From Squalus acanthias (lineage: Eukaryota), in NCBI GenBank assembly GCA_030390025.1, contig CM059436.1:41850001-41914000 (forward strand): 64,000 bases of DNA. The letters are read 5' to 3'. This document shows, piece after piece, positions 47,596 to 60,028 of the stretch (positions are counted from its first letter, which is position 1; every line of letters begins with the position of its first letter). The position numbers were made by a program, and so were the translations under genes. The notes beneath the pieces are model-generated. The model did not search any database, had not been told where the DNA came from, and saw only the letters and a program-made list of their open reading frames with translations.

Positions 47596-49728
47596 GGCCT
47601 GGAAATTCGATAAGGCCCGAAAACGGGCGGTGGCAATGCGGGGCGAGATTTGATCGCACCCGTAAAATAAATCGCAGGCAGTACGTTATTTTGGTGCTGT
47701 TGATTTGAATGATTTCAGCGCACAGCCCAGTGACGAACGCGGTGCTTCAGGCTGTGCGCTCAGCGGGAGGCCCAATGTCACATCACTGTAGCATCCCTGG
47801 AGCGAGGCTGCCTTTTCTTAAAGCAAGGCTGTCATTTCTGAAAAAAATTAAAAAACATTCAAAAATAGGCAGCCTCTAGCCCGTAAAGCTCAACTGCCTT
47901 CTGAAAAAAACCCATTAAAAATCATTCCAAACTAGGCAGGCTTCAGCTCTTAAAGCTGAACTGCCTTCTGCATGTAAAAAAAATGGTAAAAGTGCTTTAG
48001 CACTAACACAAATAGCTCAACAGGCCAGAAAAAGGGCACCCAGCGTCCCGCATGCAGCACTCCAGCTTTGTGTAGGGGATCAACACTGGAAGAGAGGTCC
48101 TCTACCCACAGGGGGCCAGGAGGCCCTCCAGAAAGAAAGATGTGAGGCCAGATCACTGAGGCCGTCACTGCCAGCAGTGTCGCCCGCACCACCTGGCCCA
48201 AAGAAGTTTCATGACCTCAGACGAGTGGTCAAGGTCAGTGAATGCATCTTCAAAAGCCGTCTCCTACCAACTGCATCAATAGCCTCACACACTGCTCAAT
48301 GCACGATCTCCCGCCGCCCCCCCATCCCTCACCTACCAACAATCTCTACCAAACACAAGGCTCGCCTCACATTCCTAGCTTCACCTCACCCCTTGGAGGA
48401 CATGGCGCTGGCCATTCTTGGCAGGGGCATGACTGAGCCCTTGGCCAGCGGCGGGCTAAAAGAATACAAGATGCCGGTATCCTCATACGTTATCCTCCTT
48501 CTCACATCCCACTTGCCCCTGATCCCACAATAACTTCTGATGTAAGCATGCAGCTCTTGCTTTCCTGCCCTCCCCTCACCACAACTTTACACTTGTGCCT
48601 TCCTCATTTCAGGCACCTAAGAAATCCAGCCTGCCCAGCCAGTGGTTGACCAAGAAGAAGGAGAAGAGAGTGAAGAAGAAGAAACACTGTCACTCGATTT
48701 GACACCCCCAGCTATCAGCTCCTCGAGGTCATCCTGCAAGGCCCTCTGCAGTCTCCCCCACTGAAAGTCAGCAGCCTTCCACCAGCCATGCTGCAACCAC
48801 TGGGGTAGCACTGCATGACATCACTAGGATAGGCAAAGGCTGAAGCAAGACACTCATTAAGAGAATGTACAAGGGTGATGAGTTGATTTTTTGATGTAAT
48901 AGTGGATGCATATATGGATAAAGTTGGATTGGAAAGTTGGCTTTGTGGTGGCTTTTATTTCAGCATTGTGGCCTAGAGGACACTGTGATGGTCAATAACA
49001 GAGGGAAGCTAAGTTGTGGGACAAATGTTGAAAGGGGAATTGGGGTTGTGGTCACTGGTACCGCAGGCAGATGATTCGATCCCGGATATCCTGACCAGAA
49101 AGGGGCTGTCTGGGTTGCCTACTTGCTTCCACTTCTTCCTCTTTTGCTTCTTCCTCTTCCATCTGCAAGCAGCTTATCCCCTTTGCTGCCTCTGCTTCAT
49201 CTCCATGTCATGCTGCAGCCCAAGGGGGACTGCAACTAGAGCCCCCCAGGACTGTGAGCAAGTGGTCTTCTCAAAGGTCTTCCTTTAACATCCAAAGCCT
49301 TGCAAACACCCAGCAGCACTCCCTGCACACTCTAACAGCTTTTTAAATGTATTGCACCTAGCCACTACTTCAATAAATATTTTTTAAAAGTCCAAAAGCT
49401 GACATCGAAACTTACCTGAAATATGTGTGTGTCCCTTTAAGAAGCACTGACATTGTCTCTGTACAACTGTTCTTCCGTGCGTGGTTAGAAGAGGGCGCTA
49501 TGGCATGCGGCGATGTCCAAAATCGCAGTCGTGCGTCAAATCAGGCGTTGCACACCGATTGACATCACAATCTGCACATTTGCATTTGGAGATGCAAGTG
49601 CAGGCAATAGCAGCGCTGCTGACCTTTCCAAAAGGTCAGCCGCTGTGTCCCGCACCGGAAGCGAGGCGGCTGCCATTTTCTCAGGAAAACCGCTGTTAAC
49701 GGCAGGTGCTAAGGGGAATTTCTAGGCC
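47596..49728 (+). mobile_element. Non-autonomous Harbinger element with pseudogenised Myb/SANT gene
   Basis: TIRs GGCCTGGAAATTC / GAATTTCTAGGCC, TSD ACT/ACT; broken frames REVLYPQG...ITEAVTASSV...KKFHDLRRVVK at about 48090-48235. Confidence 0.85.
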
Positions 49729-49772
49729 ACTATTTCTCCTCCCTGTATCCTCTTTATTGAAATTGACTCATT

Positions 49773-50037
49773 GGGGGCGATTTTAACCCTACACGCTCAG
49801 CGGAAACCTGGCGGGTGGGCAGTTAAAATCGCCCTGGCTCGTACTTGCCCGAAAGCCGCCATGATCACAACATCTGCAATTTTAACCTGCTCTCCAGAGC
49901 AGGCAGCAAGGACATGCGCCCGAAGCCAACAGGGTCCTTTACATATACATGTTGCGGCCCGATGACATCATTGAGACCCGACTGTAATTATAACTCAGGC
50001 TTGAGTGGGGAATCCACCTGGAGTTAAAATCAGGGCT
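49773..50037. mobile_element. MITE-like element
   Basis: GGGGGCGATTTTAAC at left, GTTAAAATCAGGGC at right, plus an internal GTTAAAATCGCCC at about 49822. Confidence 0.6.
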
Positions 50038-52624
50038 AATGCCATTTCCTACTCTAATTCATGCATTCCCAGGGCTTCGAAATGGTGCTAATCACATCCT
50101 ATAAGAATCCTCGCCTTCACAGAAGCACTCTTGCCTCTCTCTTCTACTTTGATAAAGACATCCTTCTTCCTTCCTCTTCCTTTCAGAGGCAGACATACCC
50201 CCTCGTTGGAGGCATTCTTCCTCTCTCCTCCCCATTCACAAAGACGCTGTTTCCCCTCCCATTGCATTCAGAGGTGTGCTTTCTCCCTGATGCACTCCTT
50301 ACTGTTTGTTTAGGCTCCAGCTCTCACCTTATGCTGTTGCTTTACTCTGGGAGTGGATTATCTGCATGTGATGTAGACAGGAGTTCGTGATCTGGCAAAA
50401 ACTATTGCAAGGTCATGAAATCCCACCCACAGCGCAAGGCACAAAATCCATTCCTGGAACAGAGCACAGTATCAGGCCGGTGCCGGAGGAGGAATGGTAT
50501 TGAAGAATGTATTAAAGACTGGAGTGGCAGTGACCCGTCTGACAACTGTTTGTCAGGCTCAGAGATCGTGTCTCATTGGTTCACAACCACTGCTCTAGAG
50601 TATGCAGTAAAACAGTAAAAATGATGGAATTGCAATAGCATCGATGAACTGCAAGATGAATAACATCATCTTAAACCCTTACCGTGTTCTCCTGTTGTAC
50701 CACACTATCAACTGTGCTATCCAATGTTTAATGGAAGTACAAAATAGATCTGACTTGTTCAGATAATGCATTAAATGCAGCTTAATTAAATTGAATCCCT
50801 ATTAACTACATCATTGTAAACAAGGTTATGCTTAAATTATTCTCAATGTATTCATACACACATTCCCTGATACAATTTGTGCAACACTCTGGACTAACTC
50901 CACTGAGTCATTCGTTTTAAAGCAAAAACAGAGGTGGAAATAAGAATGAAGAGATGTGATTACATTTTATTTCACATAATTAAATAAACCAGATTAAATG
51001 ATCTAAATTTATTCATCTAAAATCTAATTTTTGAGATAAAGCAGATAAATGTGACCATGTGATATCTAGTTTTTATTGCAGTGTGATGATGTGATTGGCA
51101 ATACTTCCACTTCGCTGATTATTACCATAAATCTGATGTATTCCTGGACCTTTCAGTACAATTGTCACAGTTATGACCTTTTGTGTAAAATTGCAGTAAT
51201 AAATGAGATGCCTCTATTAAGAGTCCAACAAAACCTGACACTCTGAGGAAAGAATTGCTCTGGTTATTATGTGCAGTGACATTGTAAATATATTAAAAAA
51301 ATAATGTTTACAATACACCTCCATTTAAAAGAAATGATTTTGTGTAGAATATATTTGCATATAAAGGAACAGATATTCTGGATCAAAATGGTCCTATGAA
51401 GTTTCTGGTTCCTATGCACTAACATTTCTGAAATTTATTTAAAGTTAAAATGTCCTTATGTGACATAATAAGATTGAAGCACCTTTCATGCTTTTAATAA
51501 TCCAACAAAATTAAATTGTGCTGTCTATTTAAGAACTATGGATATCTCTCTGAGCATCCCTTTGTATTTGGAAGTTATGTACGAGGAGGAAGTTTAAAGG
51601 TGCATTTGCACTTTAGGCAGTCAATTATGATTTATCCTTGCACTGCGACCCTTGTTTACTGAGCCAGACAAGCATACCTGGACATGTCTGGAGAAACCTA
51701 CATAATAGAAATTACAATTCCAGAGGGAGGCCATCACAGAAGTGTGTACACTCCAGAAGCCAGGCTTGGAAACCATTTCCAGGGCAGGAATTGCTCTGCC
51801 AGTAACTGTCAAAGTAACTACTTTTATACCACTGTGTCCTACCAAGAAACAGGAGGAGATATATTGTCAAATCTCTCAATCTGCAGTGCAGAGTTTATTA
51901 TGCAGGCCACAGATGCCTTATTTGACAGGCCAGTCAATTCATCTATTTCCCATGAAAAACAATAGAAAGGGGCTGTCCTGAAATTGCACCATCTGGCTGG
52001 ATTCCCCAAACTGCACGGTATCATTCATCGCACCTAAGTGGCCATAAGGGCCCCTATCCTCTTCATGAACAGGTAGAGATTCCAATCAATGTATGCGCAG
52101 CTAGTCTGTGACCATAGGTACAGAATAATGCCTGCTTGCAGTTACCATGATACATTATTTTTATACCAATCCACAGTGAGATCATTATTTAACAGGCCAT
52201 AAAGATTGGATGCCAGGGAATCAAGGCTATGTCATTATCCCATTGAGGCACTCAAGGGCAAGAAATGAAGAGCAATATGATGAGGTGCACACTGATAATA
52301 AGATTCTTGATGGGGCAGATTATTGCCACCCTGAAGCAAAAATTAAGATACCTAAACAAACGGGGTGAGTGCTGAAGTTCCACCAAGCTGTCCAAATTAT
52401 TGTAGTTTGCTTTGCATTGCACAGATTTGTCCTGAAAGAAAGCCTTGTCATGGAACAGGCAAGGGAAGGCAGGCAACAGTGACCAGAGGCAGAAGACTTG
52501 TTTGCACAAGGAACTAGTCACTCAGCAGCAGTCATAAAGAAGACTGTAATAAGGACACACCCTGAAACAACCAATGTACAACGTTCATCTGCACATGTGC
52601 CCAATAACCTTACCTGCAAGAATC

Positions 52625-53467
52625 ACCTGCAATGGCTTCTCTTCCCACTCCTGCATCGTTACGATCTATCCTTGGCACCTCCTATTTCTCATCTACATGC
52701 TGCCACTCGACGACATCATCTGAAAACACAGCGTCAGTTTCCACATGTACGCCGACGACACCAAGCTCTACCTCACCACCACTTCTCTCGACCCCGCCAG
52801 GTTCTCTAAATTGTCAGATTGCTTGTCCGACATCCAGTGCTAGATGAGCAGAAATTTTCTCCAATATATATTGGGAAGACCGAAGCCATTGTTTTTGATC
52901 CCCGCCACAAACTCCTTTCCTAGCCACCGACTCCATCTCTCTCCCTAGCATCTGTTTGAGGCTGAACCAGACTGTTGGCAATCTTGGTGTCATATTTGAC
53001 CCTGAAATGAGCTTCTGACCATATATCCGTGCCATAACTAAGACCGCCTATTTCCACCTCCATAACATCGCCCGTCTCCACCCTTGCCTCCAGCTCATCT
53101 GCTGCTGAAACCTTCATCCATGCCTTTGTTACCTCTAGACTTGACTATTCCAATGCACTCCTGGCTGGCCTCCCACGTTCTACTAAACGTAAACTTGAGG
53201 TCATCCAAAACTTGGCTGCCCGTGTCCTAACTCGCACCAAGTCCCGTTCACCCATCGCCCCTGTACTCGCTGACCTACATTGGCTCCTGGTTAAGCAAAG
53301 CCTCAATTTTAAAATTCTCATCCTTGTTTCCAAATCCCTCCATGGCCTCGCCCCCTCCCTATCTCTGTAATCTTCTCCAGCCCCACAACCCCCCAAGATA
53401 TCTGCGCTCCTCTAATTCTGCCCTCTTGAGCATATAAAGGTGCTATATAAATACAAGTTGTTGTTGC
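52625..53467 (+). mobile_element. L2-type LINE RT/3' fragment
   Basis: Contains YADDTKLY (52748-52771) and a GTTGTTGTT tail; stops and an internal deletion. Confidence 0.88.
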
Positions 53468-53539
53468 AACCGAATAAAATATCACCTTCATGAATAAATC
53501 ATCATTTCTCCCCAACTATCTTAATTTGTCTCATAGGAA

Positions 53540-53720
53540 AAGGACATATTCCAGTAACCTGCTCACTGAAGTGCAGTTTGGGTTCCGCCAGGACCCCACT
53601 TGGCTCCAGACCTCATTACAGCCTTGGTCCAAATATGGACAAAAGAGCTGAATTCCAAAAGTGAGATGAGAGTGACTGCCCTTGACATCAAGGCAGCATT
53701 TGACTGAGTGTGGCACCAAA
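53540..53720 (+). mobile_element. LINE family B RT fragment
   Basis: Homologous to 61100-61243 (...WTKELNS..E.RVTALDIKAAFD). Confidence 0.8.
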
Positions 53721-53939
53721 CTGACCTCCAATCCTCATCCAGGGTGCAGCACCAATCTTTTATAGGCCTATCAGACTTCTGCAAAACTTTGAAGAAGCAG
53801 AAATGAAGCATACAGTACATCAAATGTCCCATGATCCAGGGAGCCACTGTAAATTACAATTCTCTGACTTAACTGTAAGTGTACAGTCCCATGTTCTACG
53901 CTGAAAATACTTTTTGTTTATCCCTCATTTTTACTCTTC

Positions 53940-54260
53940 CTTAGGTTCTCCTCACTACCAATGGTGGCAGTGCAAAGTTCCAGCAAGAAGCTTGCCCTGA
54001 CTTCTTAATTGCCTTTGTTTCACTTGGATCAGATTTATCCTAATGGTGGCCTGTCCTTTGATGCTTGAGATCAGCCTCATGGCTCTTCTCTTCATCACTT
54101 CTAGGGCTTGAATGTCTTCTGTGTGTTTCAGTGAACAAAACTGAACAGAGTGCATAAAGTGTAGTCTGAGCAGAGAACTGTATTATTTTAGTGCAACATC
54201 CGTTGACTTAGACTACTATATAGTTCAGCATTCTATTTACTTTGTTGATTTCTGTTTGGC
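53940..54260 (-). mobile_element. Old CR1 fragment
   Basis: VQFCS....EDIQALEVMKRRAMRLI in ORF 53955-54155. Confidence 0.6.
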
Positions 54261-54261
54261 G

Positions 54262-54603
54262 ACAACAACAACAACTTTGATTTGCATCGTGCCTTTAACG
54301 TTGTAAAACGTCCCAAGGCGCTTCACAGGAGCGTTATCAGATAAAATTTGACACCGAGGCACATAAAGAGATATTAGGGCAGGTGACCAAAAGCTTGGTC
54401 AAAGAGGTAGGTTTTAAGGAATGACTTACAGGAGAAGAGAGAGGTGAGAATACCAGAGAGGTTTAGGCAGTGAATTCCAGAGCTTAGGACCATGGCAGCT
54501 GAAGGCACGGCCACCAATGGTGGAGTGAAGGAAATTGGGGATGCGCAAGAGGCCAGAATTAGAGGAGCGCAGAGATCTTGGAGGGTTGTAGGGCTGGAGG
54601 AGG
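54262..54603 (-). mobile_element. L2-type LINE 3' fragment
   Basis: (AAC)n tail then sequence similar to 7045-7380. Confidence 0.85.
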
Positions 54604-54686
54604 TGAGTGGATATGTTAAGTGCCGAGTGTACTAATTCCCCCTTTCAACTTCCTCATTTGATAGTACAGCACTATTCATAGTCTGT

Positions 54687-55205
54687 GGGGCCAATTTTTA
54701 ACTCACCAAAATCAGCATTAACGTGGTGGTAATGGCCTCAAAATGGAGTCAGAAGACTTAACACCCCATTGACGACGATGCTCTGGCTGCCGCTAATTTT
54801 ACAGGGACCAACCACTGGGCAGCCAAAGTATGACGTGCATAGGACCCCGATTGCCAGAACTGGTCGGAGTGTGAGTCCTGCACTCTCTGACCAGTTTTAC
54901 TGGTGAAACATGCAAGGTGGTTCCGAAAATATAAGTTATAAATTACTGACCAATTAATGCTCCTCCGGCCCCCTTGTGACTGTGATCCACCCCCCGCCCC
55001 AGGACTTACCCTGCTGCCAGCCAGTCACCCGTCAGGCTGGCCAATATTGCACTGTCCCATTTCCAGTGAGCTGCATCAGTACGTCTGTTTGGGGTGGGCA
55101 GCTCGCCAGTTCGATTGAAATGAGGCCTGGGCCTCAAAATGACTCCAGCTTACTTGCTCACGGAACGGGTATACAGTTGGCCACCCAAAAATTAAAAACT
55201 ACCCG
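54687..55205. mobile_element. MITE-like element
   Basis: GGGGCCAATTTTTAA / TTAAAAACTACCCG ends flanked by TGT on both sides; GC-rich interior. Confidence 0.5.
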
Positions 55206-58129
55206 TGTGTCCCATTTGTTTCTTTGTACGTGAAAAGCTTTATACTTGTGCATATCTGATTTTGTTTGGGACTGGTCTGCTCATTTACATATTCTACCCA
55301 CCTCATTTTGAAGATCTTTTGGCGGCCCTTTCAGATTTGACCGCCTGCTAGCTTAGTGTCATCTTTGAATACGACCAGTTTGCATGACCTTCTGAATCCA
55401 AGTTGTTTATGTAAATTAGAAATGTTAGCGGCCCCAACATTCATCACCGAAGCACACCACTCAGAATTTTATCTTAGTAAGCCTTTTTAAATTTTGGTCT
55501 ATGGGTTGGCTCACAGAAGAGCAATATCCGTGTGCCAGCTGCTTGAATTTGCATTGTTAAAACTGGCTCCCTTATCCTGATCTACAGATCTGCAGTTGAA
55601 ATAAAGGAGCTGAAATAAGGTGTCACTCCTCTGCAATTCGAACTGCAGAAGCCTCAAATGTAAAAGCACTTATTAAGAGGTGATGGGACAGTTCACTCTT
55701 TACTAACATTAAAAATATAATCAGGATTTGATTGTACATGAACGGTTCTCTGTGCATGTATTTATGTGTGCCTATGCAGACTCTTTCTCCAAACTCAAGC
55801 CTCATGTTAGCAGGATAGTAAAACTTGGTCTTGCTCACTTGCACCACTGTCAAACTGAATTAAATTAAATCATCCAGAATAATGCAAATTACAAGCAGCT
55901 TTATACTGTGAATTAACTCTATTGGGAACGGAGCTAAGTTTAGCAACAGTCACTTCATTTAGGATCTTTGATGGCCATTGAGGAGAAATTTTCATCTCAT
56001 CAGTTGATTTAAAGTCAAATCCCAGAGGTGAAGGGACTGTCCTAGCCCACTATCATAGAATCACTTGTCACATAGTTTAGATTTGTTAAATTTTCCATCT
56101 GACTGCTATAAAAGATCAGATTTCCTTTAGCATATTCCAGGGATGGAAACAGCCCAGAAAGTTTATTGTATAGTTGTGAAAGTTAACTGTTAGTCCTGTG
56201 TGACAGTTTGACATCTGGACTACTGAGAATTCAAGCTGTGGAAATATTTAGACTTTCATTATTTGCTACATTGAAATGGGGAAAGTTCAGTGTTACAATT
56301 TGCTTTATGTGGCTAGGCATTTCCATCTCTGAACACAGATGTTTCATTTGTCCTCTATTTTTTTTTAACGGTTTCTTACACTTTTTGAAAAATCCTTACA
56401 CTTTTTATATTCTGAGTGCACTTGCGAGAAAGTTGCTTGTTTTTATCTTTTTGTGCAAATTAAAGATGACATGCCATTAATCATCCACTGTCTTTTTGAG
56501 GGTTTTCCAGATATAGCTTAAGTGGGCAGTACACATAATAACATAATTATGGGTAATAAAATGACGCAGCAGCAGGCGCTCAGCTCTTAACTCCTTTGTT
56601 TTCCATTCACACCCACGATGATCCGCAGCTATATTTAGGTATTTTTTTACACAATACATATTATCATGGGCTTTAGTGTATTTGGTACATGTTAAAAGAA
56701 GTGCAATTCTCAATTGCAATGGTAAAAATAAGACTGCTAGTTGGGAGATTTATTAGTGGCAATGTAAGTTCAAGTCTACAAACCTGCACATTTTTTGAAT
56801 GCATTAGTATTTTTAAGCTGAGTATTTTATGTTATATTTAAAATTGACAATATATGTGTTAGGACATTATTCTAAAATTGAACACATCTGAAGCTATCAA
56901 TTCAGTTTGTCCTCAATGCCGTGCCTCCAAAATGTAGATGTTTTGCGCTTGCACAAATTCTTCTCCCATTGTTGGCACTAGCAGCCTGTAACAGCACCCA
57001 AGAAGCTTTTGGCACAGAATCTCACTGTAACTCCATGGAACCAGGTCGAAGGGTTGTGCTGGACAGATTTTAGGCTCAGTCTGCACTCCTAATGGCTTTT
57101 GGTAGAAAACCAAATAAGTTGCACTTTATGAGACCTTGTAGATCGTGGAACGTGTGTGAACAGGATATTTTTTAAAACAGGTTTACTTCAAATTAGACTC
57201 CAGTAATAGCAGGACTAGAATCTATACAACTCTGTTTTTTGTTTGTTAGTGAAAGCTTGTGAGGAATAAATGGATATGTGCATTGTCTGCATCCTGTACG
57301 TGTTCTTTCCAGGTAGAGTTCTTGAAGTGACAAACATGTGCTATATACTTGCACAACAAAAGTGTACTTAAGATTCATTGAACTGCAAGGAGACAAATAT
57401 AGTTACAGTTGTGTTTGCATTGAGAAAAGAGGTGGATTATTCAGACACAGTTGCTGGAGAAATTTCTGCTCCTTCATTTCTCTAGGTTAACTGTTTAACA
57501 AAGCAGAATTTTAAACTTACTATTCAGAAGTAATTTAGCACTTAAAAGGTCAAATTCAGTCATTTTTGAACTTTGAGTTGGAATACACTTTGAATATTTT
57601 AAACAAAGACATTAGAGCATATATTGGTAAATTTTTTGTAAGTTATTTCTTTTCCCCATTTCTCCTTTTGAAGTTGCACCAGGTGAACCAGTACCATGCC
57701 ATTCTGCGGTGTTCTATATTGCATTTTTATAGTGGACAGAATATTGTTCCTACTGTTTGTAGCACCACCATGGTCTCACTAAGTTATGTCTGGTATTAAA
57801 CTTCAAAGTAGCTATTTTATTCTGTTGGTGTATTCCAGAGCCCCATCTAATAGTATGACACGTTATTGAAGCGAATGGGGAGGATCGACATAAGTCGGAA
57901 AAACAAAGGTAAAAAAGTTTTCAGATTGAAGTAAACAAGACAGTGAGAACCTGAGAAACACAGATTAACTGACTAAATTTACTGACTCAGGAGGGGATTG
58001 AAAAGGTTGTACAGAGGTGAGTAATATGGTCACCATCATTGGCACTGGGAAGGAATCATTGGACTTCAATATGTCTCTCATTTCTTTATACAGATTATTC
58101 AGCACCTGAATTTAAACCTACAATTATAC

Positions 58130-58548
58130 AAAGAAAAACTTGCATTTACATAGTGCCTTTCACGACCTCAGGATGTCCCAAAGCTCTTTACAGCCAATGA
58201 AGTACTTTTGAAGTGTAGTCGCTGTTGTAATGTAGGAAACATGGCAGCCAATTTATACACATCAAGATCCCACAAACAGCAATGTGATATATGATAATCT
58301 GTTTTAGCGATGTTGGTTGAGGGATAAATATTGGCCAAGACACTGGGGAGAACTCCCCATCTCTTCTTCGAAACAGTGCCATGGGATCGTTTACATCCAT
58401 CTGAGAGGGCAGTCGGGGCCTCGGTTTAACGTCTCGTCTGAAAGACGACACCTCTGACAGTGCAGCACTCCCTCAGTACTGCACGATGGTGTCAGACAAC
58501 CTTCTGACTCAGAGGCGAGAGTGCTACCACTGAGCCACAGCTTACACC
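58130..58548 (-). mobile_element. Near full-length DeuSINE/SacSINE1-like SINE
   Basis: Reverse complement starts GCTGTGGCTCAGTGGTAGCACTCTCGCCTCTGAGTCAGAAGGTTG and ends TATGTAAATGCAAGTTTTTC. Confidence 0.88.
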
Positions 58549-60028
58549 CTTAACCATCAGAACTGATTAAGGAGTTTATAGTGCCTCTAGACCCTGAGAC
58601 TGCGTCCCTTTCTACTGTACGTATCATGCCCTGTGATCCAGAGTACTTTAGTTGTTGTGGATTTTGCAATGTGTCTGTGACAATTGGCTTTAATGTGCTG
58701 CACCCTCGCAGGATAGTCTTGGATTGCTCCTTTTTTTCATACCCTAGTGGGCTGTAAACCAGAGGCCTAAAGATGCACAGAACAGTGGGACTCCTGAGAT
58801 CCTAAAGTAAGAGAGATGTGGGCAGCAAACTGTCCATAAGTATCACTGGTTTACACTTAAACCAAGGAATAGTAGGTTAAATCATTGATTTTGTGTGTGT
58901 GTAGTGGGAGGTGGGGGCCGGAGGTAACCCTATCAAGTTTTTCTGTGCTGCAGAAACCCCAGGAATAGATAGTTAGTGAAGTGGCATCTGTGATGTGTAT
59001 ACCTGCATAGAGCCTGATTTGCCTTAGTGCCAAGCCATAAAAAGGTCTTAGGCTTAGACTAAACCTGAATTCTGTCACGAGACAGTGCTGTGACTAATTA
59101 GCATGAACAAAGAATGGAATAAATTTTCCTTGTTTTGCTGCATTAGTTTATCACTGGTTTATCACAACTGAACAAGTTTGACTTAAGCGTTTATTACTCT
59201 TTTCAGTGACACATGAATGTTCTAGAAACAACTGCAGAGCTTAAAAAATTCTTGCTATTCCCCTTCTATATTTTTGCACACTGTACATTAGTATTGCAGG
59301 AATTTTTACACATATCCCTGGGGACAAATTAAAGCACTGCTGTAATAAATCAGGGGAGGACCACCATTAGGGCACCATCCACCTTGCCTTCCCGCCCGCT
59401 TTAACTGTTAAATAAATCATAACATCCTGTTAATAGTAATGTCGGTAAGGATGAATAAGTAATTCCAAATGGTGGCCAAATTACAAGTGTGTCTTGCTTC
59501 CAAGTTTTTGTTTGTAACAAGTAACAACTCTAGACTTTTGATAAATGAGGTCTTTAAGGATAACGTTTTCCATTCTGACTACTCCCTGCTAATGTGGAAA
59601 GGGCAGAGGAATAGGAAATTAACAGATGAATGGGCTGGATATGCCATTCATCTGTTTGAACCATTCAACCTCTTTCCAGCTTCATGTAACCGTGTGCTTG
59701 CTCATAATTTTGTTTTGACTATTTTGACAGCCATTCTGTATAGAATAGTGTCTTATCGGGTGTAATTGTCATAGTCAAATTAAACTTTATTGAGGAAATA
59801 CAAAAAAACATGGTCTGCACACTATTGCCATTTCTAACTTCCTTTATTCATTTGTGTGAAACAGATTAATTCTACAATTTATTTCTGTCAACTATAGGAA
59901 AAGTCTAGCAATAATGAATACAGAATATTAGTGTGAGTCTAACCAAAAGCAGTGCAGTGTGCTATTCAACAACAACTTGCATTCATATGGCACCTTTAAC
60001 TTCGTAAAGATGCTTGACAGGAGTTTTA

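Noticed and set aside
58495-58548. tRNA gene
   Set aside because: tRNA-like head of a SINE; no complete cloverleaf, and it runs directly into the SINE body.
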